Assembly (NCBI GenBank): GCA_016933425.1
Contig: JAFGAY010000350.1
Coordinates: forward strand, 1 to 57,128
Origin: Pirellulales bacterium
GTDB lineage: Bacteria; Planctomycetota; Planctomycetia; Pirellulales; Thermoguttaceae
DNA length: 57,128 nt
Direction: 5' to 3'
Positions 53,706-57,128 of this stretch are shown here, one piece after another. Numbering within the stretch: position 1 is the first letter of the stretch; each line of letters starts with the position of its first letter. A model generated the notes under the pieces. It searched no databases and was not told where the DNA came from. It saw only the letters and a program-made list of their open reading frames with translations. The translations under genes and the position numbers were made by a program.

Positions 53706-54701
53706 ATGTCGAAGCAGGATTCGAGGCCTGCCCGGCCCCAGCCCAAGCTGCATTATTCGTTCCTGAAGATTCTTTCCGGCTCGGACCTTTCGCGGCGGCG
53801 ATTGCCGCTGATGTCGGCCGTTGCGCCCCAGACCGGGCCGGTCGTTTGGCTGACCGCCTGCGGCCACGGCGACGAGGTGAGCGGCATGGCCATCGTGCAG
53901 GAAGTTTTCCGCGCCATCCGCCGGCGATTGATGCGAGGGTCGGTCTTCGCATTTCCGTTGATGAACCCGTTGGGATTCGAAATGGCCACGCGCAACATCA
54001 GCATCAGCCGCGAGGACCTCAACCGGTCGTTTCCCGGCAGCGCCACCGGGTCGCTGGGCGAGCGGATCGCCCATCGCATCTTCACGGCGATCGTCGAGAC
54101 GCGGCCGGCGATTGTTTTGGACCTGCACAACGACTGGATCGAGTCGATGCCCTACGTGCTGGTCGACCGCGACCCTGGCCCGGACCACCGTGCGACCTAC
54201 GAAAAAACGGTCGCGGCAGGCCGTGAATCGGGTTTCTGCGTGATCGTCGATCCGGAAGAGCTGAACAAGACCTTGTCTTACAATCTGCTGGTCCGCGATA
54301 TTCCGGCCCTGACGCTTGAATTAGGTAAACCGCGCGTCGTAAGCGAAACGAACGTGACTCATGGGGTCGAGGCGGTTTGGAACATTTTGGCGGGTCTCGA
54401 CATGATCGAGCCGCGCGCCGAGTCCTTTCGCTACGCGCTTCCGCCGGCTTATGGCAACGGCCGCCTGTTGCGCTACTCGGACAAGCCCTACGGGTCGAAG
54501 ACCGGCATGATCCGCTTCCTGGCCAAGCCGGGCGACGTGGTGCGCAAGGGCCAGCCGCTGGCCAAGATCGTCAACGCCTTTGGCCGCCATCAGGAAATCG
54601 TCACTGCCGTCGACGACGCCCTGGTCCTGGGCCACACCGACTCGTCGGCCGCGTTTCCCGGGATGCCGATCATGGCGTTTGGGGTGGGGGACGGGTCATG
54701 A
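53706..54701 (+). CDS. succinylglutamate desuccinylase/aspartoacylase (AstE/AspA, M14-like) family protein
   Basis: VWLTACGHGDEVSG (H-x-x-E zinc site), ...DLHN..., and a C-terminal beta domain. Confidence 0.8.
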   Translation: MSKQDSRPARPQPKLHYSFLKILSGSDLSRRRLPLMSAVAPQTGPVVWLTACGHGDEVSGMAIVQEVFRAIRRRLMRGSVFAFPLMNPLGFEMATRNISISREDLNRSFPGSATGSLGERIAHRIFTAIVETRPAIVLDLHNDWIESMPYVLVDRDPGPDHRATYEKTVAAGRESGFCVIVDPEELNKTLSYNLLVRDIPALTLELGKPRVVSETNVTHGVEAVWNILAGLDMIEPRAESFRYALPPAYGNGRLLRYSDKPYGSKTGMIRFLAKPGDVVRKGQPLAKIVNAFGRHQEIVTAVDDALVLGHTDSSAAFPGMPIMAFGVGDGS

Positions 54702-54801
54702 TTGACGCACGCTATCCGGCCAACCGGCGCCGCGCGCCAAAACAGCCTTGCATGGTGAACAAATCATCTACCGCTTCTTATGAACAACACCGTCGATTTT
54801 C

Positions 54802-55101
54802 TTACGAGAGCCGCTCTCGCCATTTTTCTGGATCGCGCGCCGCGTGAAAAACGCCGTAAACGGTTACGGCGCGGCCCTCATGCTCGTAGAAAATCGCGTA
54901 GGGAAATCGGCGCATGAGCGCGCGTCGGTAGTTTTCATGCGCTTTTGCATGGATTTCGGGAGTGCGGCGAATCGTTTGAAGGCACGCATCGACGCAACGC
55001 AGGAACTCCTCTCCCAAGCCGGCTTGCCGAGACTCATACCACTAATACGCGTCGCCGATATCCCCTGCCGCTTCCGGCGCGATGATGAGCTTAGCGGCCA
55101 T
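54802..55101 (-). pseudogene. parE: ParE/RelE-family toxin gene interrupted by an in-frame TAG at codon 20
   Basis: My translation from ATG 55101 gives MAAKLIIAPEAAGDIGDAY-TAG(55044..55042)-WYESRQAGLGEEFLRCVDACLQTIRRTPE...RRALMRRFPYAIFYEHEGRAVTVYGVFHAARDP. The sequence is colinear with ParE toxins (..EA..D...AY.WYE....GLG.EF) on both sides of the stop. The ATG overlaps the antitoxin 3' end. The track shows only the 71-aa remnant 54802..55017, which starts at TTG. Confidence 0.7.
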
Positions 55102-55315
55102 GCTGAGCGCGGATCCTTCGCTGAACCTCGTCCCAAGATAGTCCCGAAGCCGGCGTGTTTACCAGATTGGTCTTTCGCCTTGCCAGCTCTTCCTTTTGCC
55201 AATCGTGAATGGGAACCACGGTTGGGTTGGCGGCCAGATCGTCCCAGAGATCCTCGACCAACTGGAGTTTTTCCGCCGGACTTAGGTCAAAGATGGAGGT
55301 AGATTTTGGATTCAT
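55091..55315 (-). CDS. putative addiction-module antitoxin (TIGR02574-like component)
   Basis: LSPAEKLQLVEDLWDDLAANP....IHDWQKEELARRKTNLVNTPASGLSWDEVQRRI matches the addiction module component pattern as I recall it. Confidence 0.75.
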   Translation of the reverse strand: MNPKSTSIFDLSPAEKLQLVEDLWDDLAANPTVVPIHDWQKEELARRKTNLVNTPASGLSWDEVQRRIRAQHGR

Positions 55316-55612
55316 TACCCATGCCTAACAAAAAGGCTGTGAACAGACCGGCCTTTCATAAGTTCATGTTCCCAGCAATCAGACCGCATGTCAAGAGTTT
55401 ACGTTGCAAGGGCGCGGTAACGGATTATGGCGGTGTGTGGGTCCCTCCATATCAGGGTGCGTGCAAGATCCAATCTTGCCCGTCGGGACCAACCAAAAAA
55501 ACCGTGTCCGCGATGCAATGCGATCCTTCTCGCGCGACGGATTTCCCGTGGTCTTGGACGTAAACAGGCGGGTTTTATCCGGCCTCTGCGCTGTTCCACG
55601 ACCAGAATCAGG

Positions 55613-57028
55613 CTATTCGGCCAACTGACACCGCGTGCCAGGATAACCTTGCATGATGAATGTTACCCGGACGCCGCCGCCGGGGGCGTCCTGGCAGCCG
55701 ACGCCCAGGCGGCTGTTGGCGCCGGGCGGGTTGAGTTGGGCGCGGAGGAGGAATCGCTTGCCTGTCCGCGCTTCCCAGAGGACAAACGTCATCGTCTGCG
55801 GCGAACTTTTCACCAGTTGATAGTAATCGTTCAGATTGCGGACCGGTTGGCCGTTGACTTCGAGGATACGGTCGCCGACCTCGGGTCGATAGACCGGGCG
55901 GCTCCAACGCAATGGTTGTGCACCCGGCTGGTCGGGTGGGGAACCGCTGGGTTGAGCCCCCGACGACATGCCGGTCGGACCCGGTTGCGAGCGTCCGCCT
56001 TGGGTTTGGGCCAGGCTGTAGACGCGGGGCGTTTGGGTGGTTTGCTTGGCCGCGCCGCGCGTGTCCCAACCCTCGGGAGCGACTTCCTGGAAGAGGATTT
56101 GCATTTTTTGTTTGAGCAAGTTGCCGACGGCCACCCAATTCAAATTCTGGTCGCGGTACTCGAAGAAAATGCCGAACGGCGGCTTGTCGGGATCGAAATT
56201 GCCGTGCATGCCGTGTTCGGTCAACCGGCCGAAATACTCTTGCATTGCCCGATGATGGTCGACCGACGGAATGGCCGCGTCGCTGCGCGTTTCCTCGGGA
56301 TCGGGTTTCGGGGGCGCGAGGCCCGGGTAAGGTTTGAAGTCGGGCTGATTGCCCATGTAGGCCAGCGACAGCGTCAGCAGCCCTCCGCCGACCGCGCCGA
56401 TGGCCACCTCGCCTTCGCTCGACGAGTTGATGTCGACCACGCCCCGCGAACGAATGAACAACGACTCGAACAAGGGCGACATGCGCTGGGGTGGAATCAT
56501 GTGGGCCGCCGCCGCGCCCTCACCGCCCATGCCCGAGGGAACGCTCAGGTTGCAGGCATCGGTGATCAGCACGGCCAGCCGAGGCCCCTTGGCGGCCATG
56601 TGCTGGAGAATCGTCTTGCGGTGGAGCCGGTTCTGGCCGTCGGGCATCATGAGAAAATGCCCCTGGTCGTCGCTGGCGCCGTGGCCCGTGTAAAAAACGA
56701 TGATCGTGTCGTTTGCCCCGGCCGGGCAGCGGTCGATGGCCGTGAGCATCTTGGATTTCATGTCGACCAGGTCGAAGCGAGCGTCGGGTCCTTCCCAGGG
56801 CGTTTGCCCGTTGTCGTCGGGAAAGTTGTACACGACCAACTGGCGCGCCGGCACGTTGGCGTAGAAGGCGTCGAATATGTACTGGAGGTCGGGTCCGGTG
56901 GAAAACGACAGGCCGCTTTTTTCCGACGTGTCGGCCACCGAGAGGAGAAAAATGCGCTGGGCGCTGGCGGCGGCGCACGTCAGGGCCAGCACGACTGTGA
57001 TCGCAAGGCGCGGTGCGAGGCGGTTCAT
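55613..57028 (-). CDS. secreted caspase-family (peptidase C14) protease with C-terminal PDZ domain
   Basis: Signal peptide MNRLAPRLAITVVLALTCAAASAQ. His-Cys dyad context IIVFYTGHGASDDQGHFLM and LAVLITDACNLS. PDZ-like GDRILEVNGQPVRNLNDYYQLV...TFVLWEARTGKRFLLRAQL. Confidence 0.8.
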   Translation of the reverse strand: MNRLAPRLAITVVLALTCAAASAQRIFLLSVADTSEKSGLSFSTGPDLQYIFDAFYANVPARQLVVYNFPDDNGQTPWEGPDARFDLVDMKSKMLTAIDRCPAGANDTIIVFYTGHGASDDQGHFLMMPDGQNRLHRKTILQHMAAKGPRLAVLITDACNLSVPSGMGGEGAAAAHMIPPQRMSPLFESLFIRSRGVVDINSSSEGEVAIGAVGGGLLTLSLAYMGNQPDFKPYPGLAPPKPDPEETRSDAAIPSVDHHRAMQEYFGRLTEHGMHGNFDPDKPPFGIFFEYRDQNLNWVAVGNLLKQKMQILFQEVAPEGWDTRGAAKQTTQTPRVYSLAQTQGGRSQPGPTGMSSGAQPSGSPPDQPGAQPLRWSRPVYRPEVGDRILEVNGQPVRNLNDYYQLVKSSPQTMTFVLWEARTGKRFLLRAQLNPPGANSRLGVGCQDAPGGGVRVTFIMQGYPGTRCQLAE

Positions 57029-57071
57029 CGGAAAACTCCTGAATAGTTTCTGTTGCGGAAAACCTTCTGTC

Positions 57072-57128
57072 GCCTTTCGCTCCGCGAAAGCAGCGACTAT
57101 TCCACGCTACTTTCGCGGAGCGAAAGGC
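57072..57128. repeat. perfect 19-bp inverted repeat with a 19-nt loop (touches the window edge)
   Basis: GCCTTTCGCTCCGCGAAAG (57072-57090) and CTTTCGCGGAGCGAAAGGC (57110-57128). Confidence 0.85.

Noticed and set aside
55400-55612. Readthrough of the caspase-PDZ stop codon to complete a second PDZ domain
   Set aside because: Translating past the TAG at 55613 gives PDSGRGTAQRPDKTRLFTS..., which has no PDZ-like GD.I..vNG continuation. The stop therefore appears genuine.
55427-57046. 539-aa plus-strand ORF opposite the caspase-PDZ gene
   Set aside because: The minus-strand frame has a signal peptide, the caspase His-Cys dyad and a PDZ domain. The plus frame has no motifs.

Overview
GC-rich bacterial chromosomal segment. 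The gene content and the dense intergenic palindromic repeats suggest Planctomycetota, probably Pirellulales-like; this is an inference and was not tested. I saw no rRNA, tRNA, CRISPR array, transposase or integrase. About 47 protein genes can be supported, and most are cell-envelope or housekeeping genes. They include: a Flp/Tad pilus block (cpaC, cpaB, tadE, cpaA, flp); a nucleoside-symporter-type MFS; an SNF2 helicase; a PQQ-type beta-propeller; manA, pepF and lpxK; two large TPR proteins followed by exbB-exbD-exbD; an OYE/GltD-like fusion flavoenzyme with an SDR and an orphan Sdh/Frd/NadB-type flavoprotein; an aminotransferase; a degenerate phosphomannomutase-like gene; an ICMT-type methyltransferase coupled to a low-GC unknown gene; three exported proteins of unknown function, two of them paralogues; dtd; an LpxL-like acyltransferase; rimO; pgsA; a CPBP protease; a reduced dcw block (murE-murF-mraY-murG); an antitoxin next to a ParE toxin gene that carries an in-frame stop; and a secreted caspase(C14)-PDZ protease. 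The most distinctive feature is the number of short repeat families in the intergenic spacers. There are at least six: three REP-like palindromes, a 142-bp MITE-like element with terminal inverted repeats, CACGAAA/CACGGAGACA-type arrays, and GGGGATT G-tract arrays. The best candidates for undescribed biology are the three-gene exported cluster (32664-36059), the low-GC unknown gene coupled to the ICMT gene (30558-32410), the structured, terminator-ended 510-bp spacer inside the dcw block (50382-50891), and the small protein plus SNF2 helicase pair (5945-8523). None can be assigned a function from sequence alone. Many long ORFs in the six-frame track are antisense shadow ORFs typical of high-GC DNA and were rejected.
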